Shown: positions 50,101-64,000, counted from the stretch's first letter. The stretch is 64,000 bases of DNA from Azolla caroliniana (GCA_043228905.1 JBHGNT010000004.1:20026001-20090000), one strand, 5' to 3'. Translations and numbers: made by a program. The notes: generated from the letters alone by a model not told the origin.

Positions 50101-51296
50101 TACTCAAAAATTAATTAAGAATTACTTGAGACTTATTAACTCCACAACTAAGAATTACTCTGAAACCACATCTTGTCCTGATAAAAATATGAGGCAAGAT
50201 ATACATGGTCTTATCTTTTATTGAACGAAAAAAATAACTAAATGGCATTGCCCTCTTTAGTTAAGTATAGTTAAGTATAACAACAAGGAAAGCAAATAAA
50301 ATGAAGCTACAAATTGTTTGACAAAATACTTTAGATTAAAATAAAAGTATAATATACTTTCATACTCCTTTGAATTAGAGCTTAATGGGTTTTCTGCTTG
50401 AAAACAAGGGTACGAATAGTGCAATGCATCTTCATGTTAGATCTTAATGTCTATGTCACAACTTATGTCATTTTATATTTCTTCAAATAAGAGGTTCATC
50501 AGTGTTCTTCTTGAATTTTTTTTGAGGGTACAGATCATACATGTCTATGCTTAGTTTATGTATTTATATAAACGTCAAGGAATACATAAACAACAATCAG
50601 TGGCAACGAGAATAATTCATCTCAAGTAAAAATATAAAACCTAGATCCATGAGGACAAGCCATAAATCTCCTCGATTTTTAGAATGATTGGCCCAAAGCA
50701 ATTTTGTATGCATAAAAATTCTAATTAACTCAATGAAGGTGGTTGAGATTAACAACCCATAGTACGACCTAATTTAGTAGCACATTTTGAATGATTATAA
50801 TCAAGGAAGGGTTCAATAAGCATTGATTCAAGGACCATATTTCTCACACATCATTCTTACATGCTAAGAAAACTTTCAGAACATTTAACAAGATCACACC
50901 ATCTTTTTATCCAAATCATTGATTTCTAAAACATCATAAAGGACCATATTTTATTAAAACCCACAAGAATGATTAGCTAGCTACTTTGTTAATTTGATAG
51001 GCTCTAGTATTCAAGATTTCAATGTTCAAAATCCTCGATTTAAAAACTTCAATACTTGATTAATTAAAATGTTTGCCTTGTCCACATTAAATTACCTCAC
51101 GTTTCTTGACAAAAATAAATGAATTTCTTGTCAAATCTAATAATACACAATGCCAAATGAAAATTGAATCAAATTAAGGAGTCCAAAGAAGAGGATGGTG
51201 GCAAAAAGGTCATGAATCTACAAGTGTAAAAAGAGTGAGTTCCCTAACCATTCTTTTTTTAACTACTTTACCACCACATTTTCACTTACCATAGAT

Positions 51297-51304
51297 CTAT
51301 AAAG
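51297..51304 (+). promoter_or_regulatory. Candidate TATA box of the small secreted peptide gene
   Basis: ctataaag lies ~55 nt upstream of the ATG at 51353. Confidence 0.4.
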
Positions 51305-51352
51305 AGAAATTGTACGACGAAGCAAAATTGAGAAAAAATAGCGAAGAAAAGC

Positions 51353-51628
51353 ATGGCTTCCTTTTCTTTCTTCAAGGTCCCCTTTCTTACCTTGATGCTC
51401 CTCATTTTGTTCCTGCTCCTCTCACATCCTTATGAGACAATGGCAAATGGCAATCCTCAAGACTTGCTTGGTCACCTTCTACCTAAAGTCTCAAGCAAAC
51501 CTCATCGAAAAAATTTCCATGGGTTTCACCACAAAGAGCACATTGAAAAATGCAAACACCCAATCAAATGCCACACTAAAAAGTGTGAACACCCTCCTAA
51601 GTGCAAAAAACACATTGGCAAGCTCTGA
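51353..51628 (+). CDS. Small secreted Lys/His/Cys-rich peptide (91 aa), family unrecognised
   Basis: Good start context (aaagcATGGCT), hydrophobic signal-like segment FLTLMLLILFLLLS..ETMA, mature part with KCKHP/KCHT/KCEHP/KCKKH repeats, upstream TATA-like box. Confidence 0.6.
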   Translation: MASFSFFKVPFLTLMLLILFLLLSHPYETMANGNPQDLLGHLLPKVSSKPHRKNFHGFHHKEHIEKCKHPIKCHTKKCEHPPKCKKHIGKL

Positions 51629-54600
51629 GAAGTAAGCATCCAAATGTACAACCATTGTTTCCTGTTTTCTTCAATTCATCATTATTACTTTAAATTTTGG
51701 GGCAAAACGATTTATGTGTATTATTTGGGTTGCTTACACTGTGTATGAATCCATGTCAAAGTTTTCATGTTCATACTCATCAACTCATTCAATTCCTATT
51801 TCATCATTTATTGAGTGAACTAGATTATTTTCATGAAATATAACATTGTAAAATTTCTTACAACAAAGATTTATTGCAAATTAGCAAAACAAGAACCTTA
51901 ACTGTCGAATTTCAGTTCCATTCTAAAACTTGGTAGGTTGATCAATTGGATATTGCTATCATATTCATGTTTCTCAACTGTTGCAAACTTCTTGTCATTC
52001 ATTTGTTTAATAATAAAGTTTCCTATTTTGCCTTATTCTTTGCTAATATTTGAATACTTTCTATGAAGACTTACACCAAGCATCCATCAAGATTCACTCC
52101 ATTCATTTGAGAGCTATACCTAGTGGTTCAAATCGCCCTCACAACACTTATTTACTTGATGCATCCTCTCTTTTCATCCTTCGTCCTCACCATGAAATCA
52201 ATTATCTATAACACAATAGAATGTGAAGCATTCATGCCAAAGCCAAGACTTCACTTTATCAATTTTTGCATCCATCAATGCATTGATTTGCCAACTTAGA
52301 ACACCAAGCCATGCCTCTCTGAGACATCATTTTTCCCTCTACTCAACCATAAGGGTGATCCTTACAAAACACATGAGTTGTGACAATTTTTTGCTATCTT
52401 TTCAAGCATAGGAGTGATCATAAGAAAATACATGATCCTCAAGTGGTTGCTCCCTTTGCTCACAAAGGAGGTTGCCTTTAACATTCTTTTGGTGTATAGA
52501 TCATGCTTTTAACCTTCTGTGGATGTTCCAATATCATCATCACAATCATTCAACTTTCATCTATTTGAGCATTCATTTGTTCATTTCAAGGAAAGTCACC
52601 AATTCATTGTTGTTTCTCTTTTACTTTTGCAGGTTTCCAAGAGTTTCATAAATACAAAGCTACATAAATAAAAGTTTGTAGTGATACATTGAATGTAATC
52701 GACTTCAAAAGCCTAATATTTTAACAAACAGCACCACATTGTACAAGTGTAGTAACAAACACTTTATTTTCATTACATGATAAGGTGCCATCACATTGGG
52801 TATTGATCAATATTGTGCTTTCCTTTTATGTCATCCAATTAGAAGTTAAATCAATTGATCCCAAAAATATTCGAACATGAGATTAATTGGTTAGTACAAT
52901 AATAATATCAACACAATTACGTTGAATATATGAAAGTTTTCCCCACATGCTATATGGTTTGGACATACTCATATTAAAACTAGAACCAATTGCTCTTTTG
53001 TTTATAGTTTCTTTGTTAATATGACACAATTAAGATCAACCAATAATAATAGAGATATAATGTTTGGCCTTAAACATTGCCATTAGAGGCACATTTTCAT
53101 CCAAGTGGCAAAGGTTTATTGTAATGTGAAGCACACAAGTTGGGGCCTTCATTAGTGATGTTACATGCTTGCATGGGTATAAATGCAATATTAGCCCTAT
53201 AGTAGTCTCTAATACTAAATTCATAAAGGGAGCAAATTAATTGCACATAACCTCATTATAGTCTCTTATAATAAAAACCATTTCCATAATTGAACATGAG
53301 TTATACATTCCTGAATTTACAACATGCTCAATATATTCAGACTTTTCGCATCATATACAAGATTTAGATCATATCACATAGTAATCAATTAACTACATTA
53401 TCAACAAAGCATGTTTTCCCTTGGCTTATATCTTATGATTAATAGTTTTACTCCTCCAATTATCAGCCTCAAAGATAACACTTCTCCTTGATAGCTTCCA
53501 TTGTACTTGTCACTGGATCCTGTTCTGATGAAATATTTCACAAATTTACTCTTTGGTAGTATCCATTATAAAGCTTGCAACAGAATAATGGACTAGGTAA
53601 TGCAAGAAAAACATTCAAATGTCTGATTTTTGGATTGAACATTGGAATTCTATCAATTTCTTTCATCACTCTGATGGAATGGATCAACTTGGTTGTTTCT
53701 AAGCACCATAATGATAAGTTTAAAATCCTAGCTAGAGTCTCCTTCCAATGAGTCCCTAATTAAACGAAAACAGAACCATCATCATCCAAGAATATTGAGG
53801 CCAGTCTTTTAATGAAGAGAAGAAGCATAGCAAGGATTAGGGTTCATATTTTCCTTCAAAAGAGTAGCATTCCGTCCATGACGATATGATGTGTCCATGT
53901 GATGTGTTTTCCATGAGGGGTCTCTTCCTAGCAAACACAATTCTAATTATAGCGATAATATTCTTGAATCTTAGGAAGTAGGTGAAAAATGACACACAAT
54001 TTTAGATACAGGTGAAAAGTGACACACAAGCCTCCCAATACTCGAGAAAATGGAACTGAAGGTATTACATAGGCCAGATTTATGATTATATATTAAATAA
54101 CTAGAAAGATAAACTACCAAATCCATGATCCCAACATTAATGTGTATCACAATGAGGGCAACCAAATAACTTTCTGATGGTTGTAGCATTCTTCTACATC
54201 ACTCTTACAAGTTCAATAAATGGTTAGATTGTTTATTTGCTCAGTGGGTTGAGTGATTCTCAACAAATAGAACAATATGCTTTTTTTCTCCTCTACACCT
54301 AGCTCTTTTAGTGTCTCAAATCAACTTCAATCAAGACCTTTCTGCCTCTTCTTGCTCAACTCACAAAAGAGAATTTATCGTTAAACCAATTCTGTGTTGC
54401 ATGAGACAGTTCATTAGAAAAGATTGGCCCAATTCAATACATATGAAAAGTGCATGGATTTGATTGCTGGTTATATCAATAACATAAAACTAAATGATTT
54501 TGCATCTACATAAAACAGCTAAAAAATATTCAAATTGATTAAAAGCACAGCTATGCATTTTCCTGTCTTAAAACGAAATTGATATATATGTCTGATCAAG

Positions 54601-55424
54601 CATACATGTGTTCCCAAGAACATTAACCTTAGCATAAGTTCTTTACAAGAATGATTGAGTGGTTATACTTACCTTGATCATTTCAGCCCACCAGAAAGGA
54701 TGGCTAAGTTACCTTTGAATCCACAAGAACGTATGCCTAGATCTGCTTTTTCTCATCTATGTAAAAACTTAACTTGAGGAACAAACATTTCAATCCACAA
54801 GAAAATATGACTCAATTTGTTTTCCATGATCTGACTTCGTGTAAATATGCTTACCTTGTGGCACATGCATTTCAACCCACAATATTGCTTCGCTGAAGGG
54901 TTTGTCATCCTCCAATTTTCTTCTCAAAAATCTGAAACGCAACACAAATATTTTTACTTCCATGAGAACATCTCTTTCAAACCACATGCAGTAAAGTATA
55001 TATCATTAAGTGCAATCATCGATACCATATCAAGATAGAGATTCTAGTCAGAAGTACTGTCACAAGAATCACTTTGATTTGTACATTACAATTCCGTGTC
55101 TTTAGTTATATATCTTTCTTTGCTTGGAACTCAGAAGATGGACACAAATCCACACAAATACAATGGGAAAACTTGACATACAGTAGACCATTATCCACAT
55201 TACCACAGAAGGATATGATACCTCTACATCTGCAATGTCTTGTATCTTTCAATATCCATACACAATATGCATATATAAAGTCTCATCATCCTGTACAGCA
55301 TCTGAACTACATTCAAGCTGTGTTTTCCATATATTGTAATTGCTCCAAAGAACAAACACAAACAGCATTTAGTCAGTATCATAAGAAGCATGTTCAATAG
55401 TAGAAGGGGAGGGGGGGAAGGGAG

Positions 55425-55720
55425 AGAGCATGTTTTACATCTTGCTTCTCACATACTTCATCACTAGAGCATATTCTACATCTTGCTACTCACATACTTC
55501 ATCACTAGGCATGTTTTACATCTTGCTTCTCACATACGTCATCACTAGAGCATATTCTACATCTTGCTACTCACATACTTCATCACTAGGCATATTCTAC
55601 ATCTTGCTACTCACATACTTCATCACGACGCATGTTTTATACATCTTGCTTCTCACATACTTCATCACTAGGCATGTTTTACATCTTGCTTCTCACATAC
55701 TTCATCACTAGAGCATGTTC
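55425..55720. repeat. 40-42-bp minisatellite, ~7 copies, overlapping the PPR stop codon
   Basis: Unit (a)gagcat(g/a)tt(t/c)tacatcttgct(t/a)ctcacatacttcatcact, head-to-tail with no spacers. Confidence 0.93.
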
Positions 55721-58386
55721 ACTAGTCTTTCCAGCTTGTTTTAGTACATTGATAAGGGTATATGATGTCTTTGGACAAGGATGACCATTTCCTTGAATAA
55801 GGAGTCTGAAGATCCTGACAGCATCATCAATCTTGCTCTGATTACAGAGATTCTCAATTAATATATTAAAAGTGATAGGTTCAGGAACTAATGCTCTGTC
55901 AACCATATCCTGTAATACTTGAAGACCTTCTTCCAGCCTTCCCAACTTGCAGAGTCCAACAATCACTCTTGTATATGATGTTTCTCCAACACTGAAACCT
56001 CTCTTTGTAATTTCGTCTAGCAACAGAGATCCTTGAGATACTTTCCCAGCTACAAAATAATTCTGAAGTAAAATATCAATCGTGATATCATCAGTTAGCA
56101 AACATCCCATTGGCATTACTGCAAGCACATCATGGATGGTGTCACAAAATCCTAGTTTGCTTAAGCTGCTAAGGAATATGTTTAATGTGACTACGTTAGG
56201 AGAAAATCCACCATCAACTAGATTTTGAAGTCTTGTCAGTGCTTCATCCACATTACCAATCTTCAAAACCAGGGAAAGAAAGGTATTATGGGTGAACGAA
56301 TCCGTCTTCACACCATCCCTGACCATTTTCAACAATAAATTTCTAGCCTTATCTATCTCACCTCCTTGACAAAAACCATCAAGGACAGTGTTGTAAGTAG
56401 CAACGGTAGGATGGCACCCCTTCCTTTTCATTTTTTGCAAGATTTCATAGCCTTTTGTCACTCTTCCCACTAGACAAAGACCATGGATAAGACAATTATA
56501 TGTGACTGTATCAGGCTGCATGTTCTCCCTCCACATCTCATGATAGAGTGTGAATGCTTTAGATAATTGAGCATTCCGACAATATGCACCTATAAGAATA
56601 TTGTAAGTTTCTACCGTCGGGACACAACCATGTCGCAGAGCCTCTTGAAATATCCTCCAAGACTCATCGAGTCTGTTCACTTTACAAAGTCCATTAATGA
56701 GTGTATTGTATGTGATAATGGTGGGAACACAACAATGGTCCAACATTTCATTGAAAAGCCGATATGCTTCATCAATCTTTAACTCTTTACAGAGACCATC
56801 AATCAAAATGCTATATGTAAATACATTTGGGATGCAACCCTTAGTTTTGAGCTTGGAGAAGAGTGACATTGATTTTTCAAGTTGACCTGCTTTACACAAG
56901 CCATCCATTAAAGCACTATAAGTCACAATATCAGGAAAAATCCCTGCCTTCTCCATATCTTCGAGAGCATGATGAGCCTCATTCATGTGACCTGCCTTGC
57001 ACAGACCAGAAATTAGCGATGTATATGAGATTCTATCTGCAAAGAACAACATTTCTTCACATTTCTTGAGATAATTCCGTGCTTCTTGCAATTTTCCACC
57101 CCTGCCTAGTCCAAAGAGGAACGCATTCATAGAGATTTTGTCAGGTCTAAGGTTAGCAGATAATATTCCTTGATAGATCTTCTCTGCATCTTTCAATAGA
57201 TTAGCTTTACAAGCTATTTCCAGAGCAGCATTGAAAGTAGCCAATGAAGGATTACAGTTAAAATCAGACATTTTTTCGAATGTTTGCAAAGCTTCGAATA
57301 CCATAGAGGCTTGGCCATAACTCTTGATCAAGACAGTGAAAGCTTCAGAAGGAATAGGAACAGATTTCTTCCTCATTCCCTTGAGAACGAGCCAAAATTC
57401 ATCAAATTGTCGTTTCTTTCCAACTCTCCGGATCAGAAGGTCACAAACTCGCATGAACTTCCGACAACAAGCATGGCCAGATGTACATTCATATACATTT
57501 CTACAAACTGACCAGATAAAGAAACGTACACAAACACGAATGTCGTTATGGATCCTCAGAGTTTCAAACACGTGATCTGAAGTAAGCTTTGCAGCAACAT
57601 TGCTTAAGTTATTTTCGAGGCGAGAAGTCCATTTACCTGAAGTTAGAAAGAATGGATGAATGGAAGGTGTATTATCTTCTCTTAGGGGTCAAAATGGTTC
57701 ATGAGAACCATGAAAAGCTTCTGAATTTAGAATTCTTAGGGTTTTCAACTACATAATAGATTGAGGGAGAAAGAGAAAGAAAGGAAGAAATTATATTTTA
57801 AGAGAGAATGGGTGTCAGATTAACAAAGAAATTATTGTCACACAGAAGGAGAGAGAAGTAATAATACATTTCTGAATCCTTACGTATTTTCCAACACATA
57901 ATCTAAAGCAAAAAAATTGGTTTTCCTTAAAAACATGAGAGAGGTCCACTTACCTGGAGAAAGAAGTTCGTGCAGAGACTGAACCTCACGAAGAAGAAGC
58001 TCTGAAGAAGACAAAGAAGAAGCGCATTCGTCAAATGTTTTGTTGTTTTGTTGGGGTCTATGTCTATGGCAGTCCATCTGGTCTGAAGCAGAAGAAGAAG
58101 ATTCCTGAAATATGTTGCTTTTTCTATTGTTTTGTGGAGATCCATGGACATGGCTATGGCGGGGCATCCAGCCAAAAGTTTCTCTCCTGTAAGACTGGAA
58201 GCTGCGAGGCGTGTCCACAGCTAGCACGGATCCATGAAAGGAGGAAGTAGAAGAAGGAGAATATGAAGAATTCAGAGAAGAGAAGAACTTGGCGAAGAAG
58301 AAGTTTTGCCATGGAGATGGCGATGGCGATGGCGATGGCGATGGCGACTTGAAGCGTCTGCATCTGCAGATATTGGACATGGCCAT
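55679..58386 (-). CDS. P-class pentatricopeptide repeat protein, probably organelle-targeted, 2 exons
   Basis: Exon 1 58386-57954 (Ser/Arg-rich presequence-like) joins in phase to exon 2 57636-55679, which has more than 12 canonical 35-aa PPR motifs (e.g. PDIVTYSALMDGLCKAGQLEKSMSLFSKLKTKGCI). No E/DYW domain. Confidence 0.92.
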
Positions 58387-59399
58387 GAGAGTGACAGTAA
58401 CATTTGGAGAAAATTATGAAAGTAGCCCCACCTCGCTCTCCCTTCATTCATTTTGCTCTATGATTGGATATGTATGTATGTACATACATACATATATACA
58501 TATATACATACATACATACATACATACATACATGGACACTTATAAATTATAATAGAGAGGTTTGTTGATGATGATATGTGTTTGTGATAGATGTCCATCC
58601 CAAGGCTAAATAGTGAAGGAATGTTTGCTTCTTCGGGAGGGTTTGGACGTGTGTGCCACGATACATTATCCTTTGGCGGTTTCTAATGTCCATGTGTCCC
58701 ACATTAATTGTAAGGGTGCCAGAGGGGGAGGGGGGGTTACACCTTGTCGTGCCCTTCGGCAACCACACTCTTGGCTCAAATCCAAGACTAATACCACCGC
58801 TTTCTGCTTCAAACAGAATTCTGACTTTGTTACCTCACCATGCCATGCAACCCGAGAACCCAGTGAGTTTTGGGAATTCTATTTGTGAAGATTTAGTCCC
58901 AAGCTTTTGGGATTCTATGTATGCACGGATCAACCATATATGCCAAGTCCCCACAACCATTGGAACAATACAAGGTTGTCAACCTTCAATTGGCCCTCCC
59001 CACAACCCACAAAGCCTAGGTAAGAGTACACAATAAGCAAATTAGCTCACCTACAAGGAATCACTCAGCAAAGAGTTGACGAACATGTGACTGAGAGAGA
59101 CACCCAATATCAACCAAAAGAATAATGAGACATGGTCTCCACGAACAGGAATAGTGAATCTTTTGCAGCACGTGTGCATAATCGCAATGGACATATGTAT
59201 GATAGATTTAGACTAATGATCATAAGAAACCACAGACAATGTGTGTGTGTGTAGATAGAGAGAGAGAAAGAGAGAGATAGAATGTAAGCACACATAAATT
59301 TATACTCTTCTCTTATTTCTTAAAACATAACATTACAAGCCTATGTATCTAAAACACAACGTAGGGTTAACTTAACCATTTGGCTACAAAGCTCATTAA

Positions 59400-60300
59400 G
59401 TGTATGTGGCCATTACCACACGCACTACAATTTAACATTTCCTCGTGATTGACATATACAATGTGACCAACATAGCTCATCAATGGGGAATTAGCTTCAA
59501 GCCCATTTAAGTGCACAAAGATCAACATCAATATGTTAGAAGACTTTTGGTTGTGGCATCGAATATTTTGTTGAGTGTCTAAATCTTCTCGATGGCAAGT
59601 CTCTTCTTGGTGCACATTCCCAAACAAGTGATATCAAACCTCTATGTATTAAGGTGTCAAAGGATGGACTAGCTTCTTTGTCAAAGATATGGCATCTTGA
59701 CTATCACTATATAAGGTCAAAGCCAAATTCATATAGATTTGTCAAAACATGTCCGTTAATTGACTAAGCCACAATGCTTCCTTAGCTAGGTCTGATGTAG
59801 CTACATATATTACTTATTTTGTCAGGGTCGTTGTGCACTCATGAAGTTTTGATCTACATGAGTTACTCCAATTGCAAATTGGAAGGAATGGCCAAAGGTT
59901 GATTTTCAATTGTCCACACATCTTGCATAGGTTTAATTTGTATAGCTGACTAAGTCAATTGTGCCGAATTGAGGGTTTGTCAAGCTAAATTTGAAGCATA
60001 AGTTTTGCATGTTCATCAATATATATGAAATATGCTTTACTTCATTCTAATGTAGTCGACCAAGATTGTGCATAAATATTCATGCTATGCCCATCGCATG
60101 TGCTAAGTTTGGTCAAGTTGCAATCATCGCGTACATCAAAAGAGCCAACAATCGATGTGTATGGTACCCACTTCATATGATAACCCTTTGCATTGAATGT
60201 AAGACAATCAACATATTTTGTTTGACATCACGTTATTGCCCCATCAAGTTGTATAAATTGAATGCCAAATAGCAATGCAAATGCCCCAAATTCAACACCT
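59400..60300 (-). mobile_element. Degenerate Ty1/Copia RT-RNase H
   Basis: LLMYAMIAT*PNLAHAMG..FMHNLGRLH*NEVKH (Copia SLMYAM.TRPDIA.A), YVATSDLAKEALWL, and YIEV*YH (KHIEVRYH). Many stops. Confidence 0.8.
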
Positions 60301-60889
60301 CGAAGGAAGCATGGAAATCAACCTAAAAATCAACAATATGCTTTCTCGTTTGGATTTAGGGTTTAGGAACCAGTGAGCAACGTGACATCAACATATAAAC
60401 TTGGGCCACTTAGATTTCCATGAGAGATTTGTTTTTCCTCTTAGCCACACAATTAATTTGAGGTGTATACACATGTTTAGGTGGAGATGAACCCATATTT
60501 AATTTTTGCAACCACAATAAACTAACAATAATTTCCATTTGAAACAATTTGTGAATCATAGTATGAAAAATACATACCATATGTGCATTCGCATTGGAGA
60601 ATGTTTCAATTATTCGAGTATGGTAAACACCCTCGAAGTATGGTAAATACCATACTTTTGTATTGATTCTTTATTATAAGGTAAAAAGTGTATAAAAAAA
60701 CCATAAGAATGTCTTGATAACATACTCATTCGTATGAAAAAGAATGTTTGCCAATGCATTCGAGTATATTACGTACTATGTTGTGAATCATGTACTTTGC
60801 ATGTTGAATCACCCATATCCTTGTTTTAATTTGTGAGTTTATACAACCCAACAAAGCATACTAGATGCAATGACGATATCACCGTGAGG

Positions 60890-61740
60890 CACCATGAGAG
60901 AGACTATGCATGGTACATCCAACATCAACAAATTTTTAGACAAAGCCAATCTTGGATAGTGCTAAAATAGTGAATAGATTTTTCTTGATCCTTGGGACAT
61001 ATAATGAAAGAGTGGAAATACTACCATTTGCCACAATAAACTTGACTTTGCGAATGCCCATGGTGAGAATATGATGCATTATTAGCACAAACACCATGAG
61101 AGAGACTATGCATGGTACATCCAACATCAACAAATTTTTAGACAGAGCCAATCTTGGATAGTGCTAAAATAGTGAATATGTTTTTCTTGATCCGGGACAT
61201 ATAATGCAAGAGTGGAAATACTACCATTTGCTACAATAAACTTGACTTTGCGAATGCCCATGGTGAGAATACGATGCATTATTAGCACATGTGACAATAT
61301 TGAATCGAGTTTTCCTAAGGGACCAACAATACTCATGTCTTGGAATGTTGCGCTTCCAAGGTTCACTAATGAGTCCCAAAGGGTTGCCTTCCTCAATATG
61401 CGTTAACCGAGGAATTGACGAACGTCACTCCCAAATGGCAAAGACTATGTCATACTTTGACACATAAAGTATTTAGGTTTCCACTACATGCAACAAACAT
61501 TATTTTACCAATACACATGACAAGATATTATGCATGATTAGCACTTTTAACAATATTGAATCAAGTTTCGCGAAAGGGACTAACATGACTCGTACCTTGG
61601 AGATTTGCACTTCCAAAAGTCACTATCGAGTTCCGAGGGGTTACGTTCCTCATCGTGGGCTAACCAAGGTATTGGGGAACATCATTTCCCAATGGCAAAG
61701 ATCATGTCATACTTCAACACATAAAAGTACTTATCTTTGC
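60890..61740 (-). mobile_element. Degenerate Copia pol (protease/pre-integrase region) with internal tandem duplications
   Basis: GIRKVKFIVANGSISTLSLYVPRIKKNL resembles Copia G.G.V...L.DVLYVP.IKKNL. ~200-bp duplication 60891-61290 and a second repeat pair 61290-61470 / 61540-61730; related sequence lies inverted at ~34550-34780. Confidence 0.6.
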
Positions 61741-64000
61741 ACTAGATATAAAACCTTGGAAGCCTCAAAGGCGTACTATATTAAAAACTAAAGGCCCTTT
61801 TTTATATGAGAGCTCTTCCCCTTTTTCCCAAGTTGGAACCCTAAGGAGTTCCTTTCACATTACAAACCCATTGGGCATTAGCCATGGCTACCTAATCATG
61901 GGCAATTCCCCACATATTATAATATGTGAATGTTTCTTGTAGACATTTGACCTATGACCAATATTTTTTTAACCTGTCCCATGGTTTCATGAACATGCAA
62001 ATGCATTATGGAACCTACCCAAAACGCAGTCCTACTGGAAAAACAAGCTTACAAGATTATGGAGCTCTGGCATTCCACTTAAGCAACGGGTATTCCTATG
62101 GAGATGCCTATTGGGTGTGCTCCCGACTAGGTGGTATATTCAAAAGAGATTGATAGCCTTGCCACATTGTGCAAGATGTGGTGGACGATTGGAATGGATA
62201 TTTGGACAAATTTTGTGCTCCCTATCCAACAATGCCTATTTTCTCCAATGGATACGATTTTGGGCATTCTGAACCATTTGGACAATCCGCAATAATAAGG
62301 TCTTTGATCGAAACCAACTGCATGAAGTTAGCTTCTTTAATCAATCCCTCAGGCAACCTCTATTTGATTGTCTGCAACTTAGAGACATCACACTGCAAAT
62401 TTACAATTTACTTTGAGTGCTTTTAAGCTCTTTAGTGTCTAATTAACACTTGTATATTTTTCTTTATTCTTTGTGGGTTTTCACCTCACTTTGAGGTTTC
62501 CCACTAGTAATAAAGTGTTACTAAAAGAAAAAATATGACCAATATATTAGATTTGAAATATTAATCCTCATGGTGTTATTGGAACTAAGAAATATGACAT
62601 TCAAGTACTTAATGTAAGTACCTATAGCCAAAACACCCAATCTTCTTTTTAATCAAGATTATAAGTACATTCAACTTTAGAAGTAGAAGCTTTTGCAACA
62701 ACTATTCCAACCGTCGTCTATGTCTCTTTTGCTTCAAGCTTAGGAAATTTTTGTGCTCCATATTGTAAAACATTCACGATTTTTGCCTATTAACATAAAG
62801 CTCCATCTAGCTTTGCTTTTCTAAATAGGTACAAAAGGTTGATCCAGAACACACACAATATACTTGTTTTGCGTAGCTTGATTGTCCTACAACAAAATAA
62901 AGAAGAACTCTTGAAATGGCAAAGTATTTGGGTTGCCTTTTAGGAAGACCATTAAAAATAGTTTGCATAGGGGAATTGTGACAATATTTTATAAGCATAA
63001 ATACAATGGTCTTTCAAATCCTTCTTATAATAAAAAAATGCACCCATAGAATAATTTTCATTCGTATGCTCACTCTCCAATTGTTTTCAAAGGTAAGCAG
63101 CAGAAAGCCTCAATTCTTGTTTGATACAATGTGGTCAGAGTATCCATGAGCGAATGTGAGGAATAATAGCATGTTTGAGGGACAACATTATCAATACATG
63201 TTTGGTCAGATGCTTATATTGCCTTTGTATCATAATAGAAGTGAGATGAAATGTCTCCTTCTATTTTCTCTATATACAGTTCTCAAATAATATACTAAGG
63301 TGCATATTTCTTTTATAAAAAACATTATCAATGCATGTGTTTGTGCATCTTTGCCATCCCAACATATCTATTTTGCAATATGTGCAATTGGAACATCAAC
63401 AAGACCAAGAAGTTGAAGATCATCATCTTTAACACCACCTACGTCACCTATTATCATTATATTTGTAGGGTTGGCAAAGCTTGCAAATTATTTTAAATTT
63501 TGTGTGAATCATAAGAAAGTAACCAAAATATTAAACCATCCTCAAAGGACATGAATCTTGTTCAAGTCATATCTACGAAATAAAACATGACTTCCTTGAG
63601 ATGTTTGTTTCTCCTCAATGAGCTTTGTGTGATTTGAAAACCTAAATGTTTGAATAGAAAATATGCATGACAAAAATCAATTTCAACATTGAATTTGATA
63701 AATGCCATCTAGAAAAATGAGTAATATCGCTCTTTGTTTCACAGAGAACTATACAAGATGTTGTTGAATGTTGCGATAAAACGAATTAAATTGATGTAAG
63801 GATGGCATATAGAAACCAATTGTGCTTACAAACCAATATAAGTTGTTATGGAAAGTACAATACATAATAGTGTGGAATGAAACAATGGGCAGTGATACCT
63901 CACAAACACCTACAACTATGTTACCCCAAAAATGGAGGAACTTCACTTCTGCATTCTATAGGACTGGTACCAATAGCGTGTTGTTGGTTGCCATTAGGCG

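Noticed and set aside
55425-55720. CRISPR-like array of ~40-bp repeats; also ORF 55430-55711
   Set aside because: Units are contiguous with no unique spacers, there are no cas genes, and the context is eukaryotic. The ORF is a translation of the repeat.
62000-64000. Possible DNA-transposon or gene remnant
   Set aside because: I could not identify any diagnostic motif, TIR or consistent reading frame.

Overview
AT-rich, intron-containing land-plant nuclear DNA, not prokaryotic; the lineage cannot be fixed from sequence alone. Nine protein-coding genes are supported, with exon phases checked by hand: the 3' end of a JMJ20/JMJD4-like JmjC gene (+), a 9-exon class-3/DAG-lipase-like gene (-), a 14-exon BRCA1/BARD1 homologue (+), RLPH2 phosphatase (+), an ATI1/2-like autophagy receptor (-), Pol III subunit RPC8 (-), an intronless ATXR1/SDG35-like SET protein (-), a small secreted Lys/His/Cys-rich orphan peptide (+) and a P-type PPR gene (-). 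Intergenic DNA holds decayed LINE, Copia and Gypsy fragments, hAT-type MITEs and many short tandem duplications. The most unusual locus is 28460-29750, a decaying tandem array of nuclear-type tRNA-Arg(UCU) units with a ~376-bp mitochondrial-type LSU rRNA fragment inserted into one spacer. Other notable points: a PPR intron apparently born by duplication of an AG|GT site, a minisatellite amplified from the PPR stop codon, an exon gained by duplication in BRCA1, two GC-AG introns, and a SET protein with a repeat-built, transit-peptide-like N-terminus. Family assignments are recalled from knowledge, not from database searches. No CRISPR array and no clearly new multi-gene system was found.
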